Under the pieces are notes generated by a model, which was not told the origin of the DNA, ran no database searches, and saw nothing but the letters and a program-made list of their open reading frames with translations. The position numbers and the translations under genes are program-made. Shown piece by piece: positions 32,581 to 44,245 of a stretch of 64,000 nucleotides of DNA. Within the stretch, counting starts at the first letter, position 1. Each line of letters begins with the position of its first letter. The DNA is taken from NCBI GenBank assembly GCA_030141605.1, contig JAQGDQ010000423.1:22177-86176 (forward strand). Direction: 5' to 3'. Origin of the DNA: Tubiluchus corallicola. Lineage: Eukaryota; Animalia; Priapulida.

Positions 32581-35500
32581 ATGCGAGGTTTTTTACTTGC
32601 ACGAGCAGCGATGAGGCTGTCAGGTATATAGCATTAGTTTTCATAATTTATTTTTTCATTGCGTTATTTGACGCTGTTGGTGTACACTGACGCGCTAATG
32701 CATATCGTAGCCTAGTCCCTACAACTACAAGATGTAATCGAAATTCAGTCAGCTACGTTTATCAAATTTTCATTTTACATAAAACAAAATCAAATTTCAA
32801 CCAACAGTAGTCATTGGAATAGAGATTTATCATAATATATACTGTTAGTGTTACTAGTGTTAGCCAAGGCCCTGCAAAATAATTTGCCCTACTCACAATG
32901 ACATACCGTACCACATTCACCACACCCACAACACCTGCAACAGAACACACCATACTACAGCAACACCACCCACAACACACTGCTCTACAACATACCACCC
33001 ACATTGTACCACCACACCACATCACACCCATTACACCACACACAGCATCAACATCACCCACAACACCCTGCAACACCACACAATACTACACCAACACCAC
33101 CCACAACACACCGCTCTACAACATACCACCCACATCGTACCACCACACCACACACAGCACTGCACCAACATCATCCACAACACCACCTGCAACAGACCAT
33201 GCTACAGCAACGCCATTTACAACACAATACCACGCTACCCATACCACATCATCCACACTACAACACTTACACCACATCACATAAAATTACACCATGCCTC
33301 CCACACCACAGTTCCTAAATTGGCCATTGCCGAACTACAGGAGAATCAGGGGAGACCTGTGATACAAGTGTATCGTATAATAAACGACATAGATAAAAAT
33401 GCTACGGAAAATTTCTTTACGAAAGCGACATACACCAGAACTCGAGGGCATGCACATAAACTATTCAAAAAGCAAAGTAGACTGAACTTACAACCAAACT
33501 CTTTCTTGAGGGGAGTGATAAACAATTGGAACGAGCTACCACAGGAGCCCATAGATGCTAAGACCGTAAACTGTTTTAAAGGAAAAATAGACAAAGCCCT
33601 TCACCATTTTGGGCACACAACTAAAACATCAGTGAAAAGCCACCTCATGAAATTCTCATATCTTTAATGTGATACAAAGTGTGGACAGAATAAGGTTTAG
33701 ACCTTGAAGACAAAGGTAACTAAGGTATCAGGTATCACATACCACACCAATCAACTGCATTTATATTTATATTTACTTCAGTGAAATTATCTGTATTTTT
33801 ATTATAATTGTTAGATGCAGAGTGGAAATAAATAAACTTGTAACTTATAATCACACCATACCACATCTACCACACCAAACCTACTACGTCACGTGGTGAT
33901 CATGATGATGATGACAACACGTATACTAGACCAACAACCCAGCATCATAGCGAAACCTTGCAAAACATTTTGCACAAAGTTGCAACTGTGTGTGTTGTGT
34001 TTTATTTCTCTCGGAAGGCTCGTAGAGAAAACCAGAAAACACACCGCCCAATAAAACTAGTTTATTAAGCGAGAATTCTACAACATAAAAGTATGAAGGA
34101 ATGAGAAACGATTACTGTAAATGTGAAAATCTGGAAATCTGAAAATGTAAGTATACAAGAAAATGTGTAAGTATACGTCCGTGCGAGATCTTCATGCTCT
34201 ATGCACTCCCGTGTCGGTGGCCTGCTTCGCCTTATATAGTGCACTGAAGAAACTTCCAGAAGTAATGTTCCAGACGGTAAGACGGTCATTCCAACGGAAC
34301 ATTCTACAATGTTCTATGTAATTATAAGATGCCAGCGATTTCCACAACAGTGTGCTACAACAAAAGCTCTTAGACCCATCCACCAATGATCACTAATGCA
34401 CGGACATTCTACACAATGTTTGCAAACTGCTCATTTTGATCTGACGTATTGTAAACCCTTACACCCTATACTACAGAAATTAATATATAGTAGATAAATG
34501 ATTTGGCTAGACGAGTACTTTGCCAAAATAATAAAAAAATAAGACAGTGAACTCAATTTTCCAGGCTCTTTGATATTAAAAGTAGATTTTGTTCATTTTT
34601 CACCTGTTAGTAAAAAAACCTTACAAGGTTTTTAGGTTAGTTGCAAACCTTACAAGGTGTTCTAATTAAAGACTGTTTAGCCCAGCAATGATAGCCATGT
34701 GTAGGCAAGCACTTTTGCTCCTGGAACCAATTGGACGCTTTTAAATTATTTTCTGTGGAACATATGGTTCATTTACAGATGTCTCACTTAATGACTTTTT
34801 TGCTAGAAGAATGCAATGCGTCATTAAGGAAGGACTTACAGTCATTTACAGTACATAGTTTTGTGTACTTAAGGTTTCTCAATTTTTAGGGTTGATGACA
34901 TTTTCCCAATTTTTCGGGTTGATAAGTGAAAACTACTTGTATGTTGGGATGAGTAACAGGGTAGGGCTAAATATGTGTGTGTTGATGTGACATTTTCAAA
35001 GTTAGCAAGCAAAAGCAAGGCAGTTTGCCTGACCAAGTGAATCTTTCAGGTCGACAACCAGAAATACCAGAGAAGCTGTTTCATCTTTTTGCTATAGTTA
35101 TTTACTGTTTGCCATTTTAAATTTAAACTCATTTGAACTTATTATCTCAATTTTTGCCAAGTTTTTTTTATTTCTTGTTCTTAAATTGTTCATTATTATT
35201 TATTTTTGTATATGCACCTTACAGGTCACTTAATTTTCTTTAAATTTGGATAGGTGAAGCTGACCTGGTGATTGTTGGTCTTTTCGCTACTCCATCTTTT
35301 CCATCATTATTATATTTTTTGCTTTTGTTCATTTTTATTGTGTAAAAATTTTGAGACAAATAAATTATTTGTTTACCCGTAAAACTTTTTCACATCATTT
35401 GTCTTTCAAGTTTGATATTAAAAATTAATTAATATTGGGTTTGCGTCATCGTTAACTTGCAAATTATTTGTACATACTATGATACTTTACTTGGGAGCAG

Positions 35501-38500
35501 AGTAGGACACTAGCCAAAGTAGGACAATTGATGTACATGGGCTAGCCTAGGTAGGATGCGTCGTACATGGGCTAGCCCAAATAGGATGCGTCGTACATGG
35601 GCTAGCCCAAATAGGATGCGTCGTACATGGGCTAGCCCAAATAGGATGCGTCGTACATGGGCTAGCCCAAATAGGATGCGTCGTACATGGGCTAGCCTAA
35701 ATAGGATGCGTCGTACATGGGCTAGCCCAAATAGGATGCGGCGTACATGGGCTAGCCCAAATAGGATGCGGCGTACATGGGCTAGCCCAAATAGGATGCG
35801 GCGTACATGGGCTAGCCCAAATAGGATGCGTCGTACATGGGCTAGCCCAAATAGGATGCGTCGTACATGGGCTAGCCTAAATAGGATGCGTCGTGTATGA
35901 GCTGCCCAAGCAAGACACTAGAGACGGGTCGCAAATTGAGTCGTCAACCATACTGGCAGCGTCCGTTGTCCTTGTTTATTTAATAATAATAATTGAAAAT
36001 GTCAATACACGTTGAATAATTTATTATACATTTGATAAAGTAAATTATCTGAATCTTATTCTAAATTATTTAATAATACTAACATTCACAAGTTCAGATT
36101 GGAAATTCACTGTTCATGTTTATTCATCTTGTCCGTTATTATTACTAGCTAAGATGTGCTCAGGTACTCTAAAAATATATTACATTTTTAGCGAGGCAGC
36201 AGATCCGTAAAAGCAGCGATTATGTAACACACGCTGAACATGGACATGGACCACTTGTCACCCTCAACAACATGCCGGTACCCAGAGGTTCTTGGGCAGA
36301 ACTGAATGCTCAAAAACAGGCTAAATACAACATTCAGCTTGGCATTGCTGTAACCTTGTTTGCAGTAACAATGGGTTATGTAAGTTTATTATTAAATTGC
36401 TCAATGATTTATGGTAACTGATTTTCGTCAACGACGGTAATTCATGTTCAGTTTCCAGGTACAGTATCTCATTACGGTGAAAGAAAGCAAGCATGCCCAA
36501 AAGCCTAATGCTTAAATTTGCCCGAACGTACCAGCTGCAGGGGTGTGTGAAATAACTTGCACGCTGATTGGACAGTCAACGAAAATGATTGACATTACGT
36601 CAATTGCAGCTCGTGCATAAATACGTGATGCTGTGCCACTTCTCTTGGTTACTAAACTTACATCATACTTTGCTAAATTGACGACAGTGTTGTCAAATAC
36701 AAGATAATAGTATGATGGGTATGATGTGAAAACATCCCGCCCTGCAAGTATTGTGCAAGAGGTCAAGTACACGTAGACAGACAATCATTTCAATGCAGTA
36801 GAGGACAGGTACATGTAGACAGACAATCATTTCAGTGCAGTAGAGGACAGGTACACGTAGACAGACAATCATTTCAATGCAGTAGAGGACAGGTACATGC
36901 AGACAGACAATCATTTCAATGCAGTAGAGGACAGGTACATGTAGACAGACAATCATTTCAATGCAGTAGAGGACAGGTACATGCAGACAGACAATCATTT
37001 CAATGCAGTAGAGGACAGGTACATGTAGACAGACAATCATTTCAATGCAGTAGAGGACAGGTACACATAGACAGACAATCATTTCAATGCAGTAGAGGAC
37101 AGGTACACGTAGACAGACAATCATTTCAATGCAGTAGAGGACAGGTACATGTAGACAGACAATCATTTCAATGCAGTAGAGGACAGGTACACGTAGACAG
37201 ACAATCATTTCAATGCAGTAGAGGACAGGTACACGTAGACAGACAATCATTTCAATGCAGTAGAGGACAGGTACACGTAGACAGACAATCATTTCAATGC
37301 AGTAGAGGACAGGTACACGTAGACAGACAATCATTTCAATGCAGTAGAGGACAGGTACATGCAGACAGACAATCATTTCAATGCAGTAGAGGACAGGTAC
37401 ATGTAGACAGACAATCATTTCAATGCAGTAGAGGACAGGTACACGTAGACAGACAATCATTTCAATGCAGTAGAGGACAGGTACACGTAGACAGACAATC
37501 ATTTCAAGCAGTAGAGGACAGGTACACGACAGACAATCATTTCAATGCAGTAGAGGACAGGTACACGTAGACAGACAATCATTTCAATGCAGTAGAGGAC
37601 AGGTACACGTAGACAGACAATCATTTCAATGCAGTAGAGGACAGGTACACGTAGACAGACAATCATTTCAATGCAGTAGAGGACAGGTACACGTAGACAG
37701 ACAATCATTTCAATGCAGTAGAGGACAGGTACACGTAGACAGACAATCATTTCAATGCAGTAGAGGACAGGTACACGTAGACAGACAATCATTTCAATGC
37801 AGTAGAGGACAGGTACACGTAGACAGACAATCATTTCAATGCAGTAGAGGACAGGTACACGTAGACAGACAATCATTTCAATGCAGTAGAGGACAGGTAC
37901 ACGTAGACAGACAATCATTTCAATGCAGTAGAGGACAGGTACACATAGACAGACAATCATTTCAATGCAGTAGAGGACAAGTACACGTAGACAGACAATC
38001 ATTTCAATGGTAGGGACGTCAGACAGACATCATTTCAATGCTAGGACGGTACATAGAGACAATCATTCAGTAGAGGACAGGTACACGTAGACAGACAATC
38101 ATTTCAATGCAGTAGAGGACAGGTACACGTGAAGACAATCATTTCAATGCAGTAGAGGACAGGTACACATAGACAGACAATCATTTCAATGCAGTAGAGG
38201 ACAAGTACACGTAGACAGACAATCATTTCAATGCAGTAGAGGACAGGTACTCGCGGCTTCAAGGCAAAATGATATAACTAAGTAAATATACTACTGATGT
38301 TGTTTATTTTTCTCACTACTAATTCCAGTGGCTTACCATAAGCTAGCTTCTGAGGTCTCTAGCGCAGAATTCATGAATTATTTTTCAATTTTGTATTAAC
38401 AAAAATTGATTATCAATGTACTTGTAATGCACATAAGTATTTGTTTATTGCAAAATAAATCTATTGAATTGAAGAGAAATGTATTTGTACCCCATGTCTA

Positions 38501-39417
38501 AGTGGCCAAGGGTTAATATTGAACGGGGTCATTGCATTCAATTAGTTTTATCTGGACTTTTCTGGTGCTTGCTACCAGAATTAGTAAATAGTAGCAAAAT
38601 CATACTTTTAGTGTCGTTGAGGCTATCTATAATACATAAGAAGGACAGCTAAATTAACAGTTATCTTCAATTAAACACAGCGGCGGATTATGATTTTATG
38701 GGCCTTAGGCTTGAGCTTGGAACGGGCCTTTTAAATGTTGCTACACTGCTGAGCTGACGTGCTTTTGTGGAGCTCTCGTCGTTTGTAAAGGATGACAAAT
38801 TAAACAATTTATCACTGATGCATATTGAGTCAGATATGTTGAAAAAAATGGACTTTTCAGAAATTATAACTGGCTTTGTCCCCAGAAAAATTCGGAAACT
38901 GAAATTTTGAACTTAAACTGTGTAAACGTGAATTGTGTAAACTTGATTTGTGTAAACCCGATTTGAAATATAGTGACTGACTTTTGAAAAAAAAACTTTT
39001 TTCTATATTTTATTTTGGCGGGCCCCTTGCTCTTTTGTCAATTTATTTTTTTACAACAAAAATTTTTTTTTCGTTTTATTTTGCCGGGACCCTTTTGATC
39101 CCGGGCCTTAGGCTTCAGCCTATTCAGCCTATAGGGCTATCCGCTACAGATTAAACACGTATTGTAATACTAGATGAGGGTAATTTGTGATCATGTACAT
39201 GTATCCTGTTAGCTCTGCAAGTGTAAAATCTCTTGAACCTCTCTTCTGGCTCGTTTTCAAAAACTAAATGTTTTAAACTTAGTATCTTTTTCCTTAATAC
39301 GCTTAGCCGCTTACATACGCAAAATTTTCTGTTTTTCAGATATATGCCAACGACATTGTTTACATGAATCCGAAACCCAGCATGAAAAATCCTCCACTGC
39401 CAGTCTTGAAAACATAA
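32581..39417 (+). CDS. Small 3-exon mitochondrial single-TM protein (102 aa), deltamethrin-resistance prag01/CG7630-like family (putative cytochrome c oxidase subunit 7B counterpart)
   Basis: Exons 32581-32623, 36192-36379 and 39340-39417 (CAG/gtata, tag/..TAT/gtaagt, ttttcag/; phases 1 and 0). Product: MRGFLLARAAMRLSARQQIRKSSDYVTHAEHGHGPLVTLNNMPVPRGSWAELNAQKQAKYNIQLGIAVTLFAVTMGYIYANDIVYMNPKPSMKNPPLPVLKT*. It has an Arg-rich, acid-free presequence, a T(L/M)N.(M/L)PVP.G.W....K..KYN motif and one hydrophobic helix. Confidence 0.8.
32905..33310. repeat. Low-complexity CA/CAC-rich tract
   Basis: Direct reading; gives rise to His/Thr-rich spurious ORFs. Confidence 0.8.
33340..33735 (+). mobile_element. 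CR1-clade LINE 3' end
   Basis: IQVYRII...TRTRGHAHKLFKKQSRLN...VINNWNELP...FKGKIDK, then a short aggta(ac/tc) repeat tail. Confidence 0.75.
33987..34414 (-). mobile_element. Candidate solo LTR
   Basis: TGTGT...ACACA ends; TATATAA (~34238-34232) followed by two AATAAA on the minus strand; no convincing TSD. Confidence 0.35.
35532..35895. repeat. 30-bp minisatellite, ~12 copies
   Basis: Unit ataggatgcgtcgtacatgggctagcccaa. Confidence 0.95.
36766..38250. repeat. 39-bp minisatellite, ~38 copies
   Basis: Unit gtagacagacaatcatttcaatgcagtagaggacaggtacac(g/a); degenerate patch at ~38010-38070. Confidence 0.95.
38678..39149 (+). mobile_element. Internally deleted hAT transposon retaining the dimerization-domain C-terminus
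   Basis: 8-bp TSD attaaaca on both sides; ends cagcggcggat...atccgctacag; internal frame DDKLNNLSLMHIESDMLKKMDFSEIITGFVPRKIRKL*, typical of hAT/ZMYM-type transposase C-termini. Confidence 0.85.
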
Positions 39418-40435
39418 ATGTCAAGATGGATGGGATTTCATCCATCTGCATAGCAGCTTAGAAAATTGATTTTAACTAAGTTTTTGAAGCACATATTTAA
39501 TGTCGAACATCAATCGTTAGGTATATTTTTTACTTGTCAAACAGTCTGTAGTAATATTCCTTCATGTGCTTTGGTCTCTAATTTGGACTCAGTCACATCG
39601 TGATCTCTAATAACCTCAGCTTATTTAGTTACTTTAAATTCTGGTGCAATGATTTTTCAGAACAATAAGTAATTGTAATGTGGAATCGCTTTATGAATTA
39701 TAATAACTAGGTATTAGTAGGTAACGAATACTAATATATACCTACAATGTATAGTCGTTTTCACACGTTTCATGTTTTTAAGCAACTCGTGAATGTCAGC
39801 AGGTCAAAGTGAAAGTAATGTTTGTAAAAGTATAGAATTACTAAAATTTTTGGCATAACTATTTATTGTTTTTGTAACAGTTATTGCATGAAGAAATTTT
39901 CAGTTCGATTCTTTTTTGGCAAGTGGAATCAATGTTTTAGCTGATACACGAGTAACTATTCACTTAAAAAATTAAACTGGTTAATATAATCACTGTGAAG
40001 TTTTACATGAAACATTTAATCTGTTGGTATTATTGAGTTTGTTCAGACATGTGATTGAGACGCAGTGTAAAAACTCTCCAATTTTCATTGTAGTTAGCGA
40101 CGAATGCGCACAAATGACATAGGTAATGAGGCTGCTTGCAGGTGGCGACACTGCTGTTAGGAATTTTATTATTATGCTGTATTAACTACAGTCACTGTTG
40201 TCTGTGATGATTTTAAGTGTAAGACTCATTATCCCAGTGAGTTTTGCACGTCGGTTAATGGCAATAAACATTAAAATGTGCTAGAAATAGAATAATAAGC
40301 GAGTTGTGTTGCTTTTGTAGAGGTACTTGTCTTAGTCATTGAAGATAGCTTCTCAATAATGTAATAATGTAAGTATATCCTGCTTTATTACATCAGGTTT
40401 GTAGATTTATACACACAAACGTATATATGGCTACG

Positions 40436-40710
40436 TAATAATAATAATAATAATAACAATCTTTATTTAAAGTCGGCTTTTGGGTCAACAATTAACATTA
40501 GCTCAAAGAGCTATTATCGCCAACTGTAAGTAACCTACAACTACATAACAGAGACTATTATTACCCCACTTTTACCCTAAATACCACGCGTCAGGCAGGG
40601 CAACAGCAGGTAGCATTTTTAAAGTCTTTGGTATGACCCGGCCGGTCTATTGAACTCACGACGTCCCAGACGGAAAGCAGACGCATTACCACTAGACTAA
40701 ACCGTCTGGT
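40436..40710 (-). mobile_element. tRNA-derived SINE with a conserved central domain (Meta-SINE-like)
   Basis: Minus strand: A-box tagtctagtgg, B-box gagttcaat, core ggccgggtcataccaaagactttaaaaatg, (TTA)n tail. The Meta-domain assignment is from memory and unverified. Confidence 0.7.
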
Positions 40711-41607
40711 CGAACGTTGTGCATTTTTAGCCATTTTGCCATCGTTTTGGACGTCAGTTCAAATAATCCATTCTCGGTTTAAGGATTTATTGCTTTTACA
40801 GTCAAAAAATTGTTTGGTTGTTATTTGGCAATCAGGTCATAAATTCTTAATGTAGAGAACAGGGCCATATATTCAGGGGCATATTAACCAATAGGCTTGT
40901 TAAGCTATAGCCTAAGGAGCTAAAGTTTGAGGGAGTCACATTTTAGAAAAAATTCTTATTCTCCTCGGGAAATGTGTATAATTTCATATTCATGTAAAGG
41001 GCGCATATAACACAGCCACAAGCAGTTACTGAGAGCAGCTTCCATATAAATGCCACATAACGAACAAGTGCAAGGTATTATACAACAAGCAGTTGCGCAG
41101 CCTGTGTGAATATAAGCGCTATGCAAATACATGTAATTAATAATGACCACGTAGAAAATTAGGTTAATATTGTTTCTAATACACCACAAGTAATTGACTT
41201 TAAATAAATGTTTTGTGGGGCTAAGCGTTTTAGTAGAGTATTGAAGTTTCTCACATGTTGTGAGTGACTTTCCACTAGGTGGCAAATACTTGTGACCTGT
41301 ATACACCATGTGTAGAGCACAATTGTTATGTGTTTTCTAAAAAGATACACATGGTGCAGAAGTTTTGTTAACTGCTAGGCCTATATTAAAATAATACAGT
41401 TTCATTACACTGTCTTGATCAATTTCTCTGCTCTTGGTTAAAATGTACATTACATTGCACTTCACTTTTCAGTAATGGTTCCTGCCCACCGTCAGCTTTC
41501 AAGTTCTTTAGCACAAAAATCGATTTAAAAACAAATGCAATGTAAAAAAAACCTCAAAAGAATCGAAGCTAAAGTCAAGCCTGTTGATTCCGAATTTCGT
41601 GCTTTTT

Positions 41608-41687
41608 GGGCGCCGAGTAACCCACTAACCAAAGTGGTTTACTGGGCGCAGAGTAATCCACTAGCCGAAGTGGTTTACTCGGCGCCC
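41608..41687. repeat. GC-rich double hairpin (tandem ~36-bp palindromic unit)
   Basis: gggcgccgagtaacccact...agtggtttact gggcgcagagtaatccact...agtggtttactcggcgccc. Confidence 0.75.
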
Positions 41688-44245
41688 TACACTGCTGTCA
41701 TTTTTTTGTAAACAATTATTGTTTATAGCGGTGATTTAGGTTAAATGCTGCAATTTTTGTACAACACCTACAAAAGTACTGAGCCAGTATTGTTTTTCAG
41801 AGTGTCCAAGCCACATGACAATGTACATGTAAGGGTTACACAGGACTAACAGCACTATCGCTGATTCTACCTTCCATTCATACCTACCTACCTAATAGAA
41901 ATCGTGATTATTTTATTGATCACTGAGTTTGATTTCGCTAATGTTGTTTTGACTCTCACAGTTTTGTTAATAACAAAGATCTTTCTGTCCTCGCTGGTAC
42001 TCTTGTTCAGAGACATGTATACTTATTCCCAAGACTTGGCTTATTCATTCAAGTTCAATTGACTCACATAGCTGCAGTTTTGCATAGTAAAAAAGGTTCT
42101 GTTTTCACAGCCTCACAGATGCCTTCTCCCAGAGTTGCAAAATTGGTATTTGTGCTAAAAGTTTACCGCATTATGACAGTTTTCACAAGTACTGTTTACT
42201 TCTCATATTTCCGGGATCATGGACTTATGATTTCCAATGTACTTATTCCAACTTATTAGCTGTACACAGATGATCAGATATTTCTCAGTCGCACAGGTAC
42301 GTTTTCCTCCAAGAAGATTTTTTGACTGGGCCTGTGCGGACGCAATCAGAATGGTCACGTGACCGGATAGTTTTTCGGCGCGCACGAGTCTGCAGGAGAC
42401 GAGAGTGATAAAGCGGACATGGCTTGTTTAGATTACGTGTTATAAAAATTTTCGTTAGCGTCTTTGGTTGTGAAATTGTCATAGAATTTTTTGTTTCACA
42501 CCGCAATTTGTATAATACAGAAGATATCAATATACAAATTTTTGTGGTAAGTTTCGACTGTTTTAAGATTTTCGATATACATGTAAATTATAGATAATTA
42601 GCTCTGAAGCTTGGGCCAAGTGACAGGGCATCGCACAGGGCCATCATGACTGGACTGTTTTTAAGATCATAATTACTATGCATTAGTAATAAGATTTCTT
42701 TTTGATATTTACAAGTTTACACCTTTACCATCAGAGTTATCCATAATAGTATTCCTCTGGGCCTGCACATTTATGACAATTTTTATCCATGGCCACTGCT
42801 GTGGCTACACGAGATTACATTGTTGCCATGGTTACACGAGATAACATTGTTGCCGTGCCCTTTCCTGTCATCCCAGGCATTCTTTCCTACAGGGTTTGGT
42901 GCAGAATCAGTAACCAGCTGCTTAGCTAGGTTAGCTAATCAGCTCAAAGACAAATGATTAAACCATTTTATTGACGACCATTGTGGTTGCTAAGTAATAA
43001 AACACATGAAATACCCAAAAAGCAATAAGACAATGAATTAATGCCTGAAGAATTTATTATCTAATGGATGCATGTCTTATTCACCTTCAAACGATCGAGT
43101 GATAAACACAAAAAATTGTATCACGAGTATAACTGTACATATTCTATGCAGGGACAATAATGTCAACTCCAAGCCAAATTTAATGTGTTTGCCTACAGAC
43201 GAAAACTCAATAAAAGAAAATACTACAGGTAATGCCTGCTTGTCACCATTTTAGATTAACTTTCTGCTGATCTACGTTACACAGTCATTAAATTTCCACA
43301 AGACGACCTAAACCCCCAAAGTATAAATATCACCAACAATAAAAATACCACCAATTTACATATGAAAACAAACAGCATTATATCAGTAAAATAATAGTGT
43401 AATAGCTAACCATAATTCCTTTGCATACGACCACTATGTTACTGTAAATATTTGTAGTATTATGATGTAGAGCACCTATAACAGCAAGGCTTAAAATTAG
43501 AATCATAATGAATAGAAAAACTTTTGCCACACAAATTCGGATTATTACAGTCTCTCACACACAGAAAAAGTTACGAGTGCAAAAGTAATTCTTTTTATTT
43601 CAAAATAATTTTGAATAAGAAAAATGACAATAACCAGTTTAACTGGACAGTCCATTCCTACATTCTAAGTTCCTAAGCAGCCTATACTCACAAGTGAAAT
43701 CAACTTTCGTTACTCATTCTGAACAATATTTACAAAAATTTTACTAATTATTTAAAATACAAATGGTGTTATGATTAGCAAAGGTATTAACAAGCACTTT
43801 GAGTATGTTCATAACATTTACTTTGAAAATAATAACCAGTTGCTATGTGGTTTATCGCAGACTCAAGAAGCACAAATACTGCAGCATTTGCAAGCAGGAT
43901 TACTACATTTTTAGAACAAATGAAATAATAATTATGCTATACAAAGAAGGAAATACAATTTCACATACAAAAGACTGTACATAAAGAAAAAGGTAGATGC
44001 TGAAGTGGCTAGATTAATTGTAACTCGTACTAGTAAACAAGAAATGAAACAAATGATGACAAGGCTTTGTCAATCGCGGGTAGTATGCATGTTATTCTTG
44101 ATCGAACATAAGACTATACACTATACAAGTAAACGTTATAATTACTAGACGTAAATGCTAATGCATTACGTAACAATAACGCATGGAGTGCATGAATCAC
44201 TCAATGAAAAATATCACAGTCCATTAGCAATGCAAACGTGTACTG

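Noticed and set aside
36766-38250. Regular 27-39-bp repeat arrays (also 21336-22012, 27786-28270, 35532-35895) as CRISPR arrays
   Set aside because: Units are head-to-tail with no unique spacers, there are no cas genes, and the context is a eukaryotic intron; these are minisatellites.
40200-40262. SECIS element or C/D snoRNA (TGATGA plus small hairpin)
   Set aside because: Spacing and pairing do not fit, no terminal CTGA/stem was found, and no in-frame TGA exists in the upstream gene.
40630-40710. tRNA gene
   Set aside because: A and B boxes are present but there is no cloverleaf; it continues into a SINE body and (TTA)n tail.
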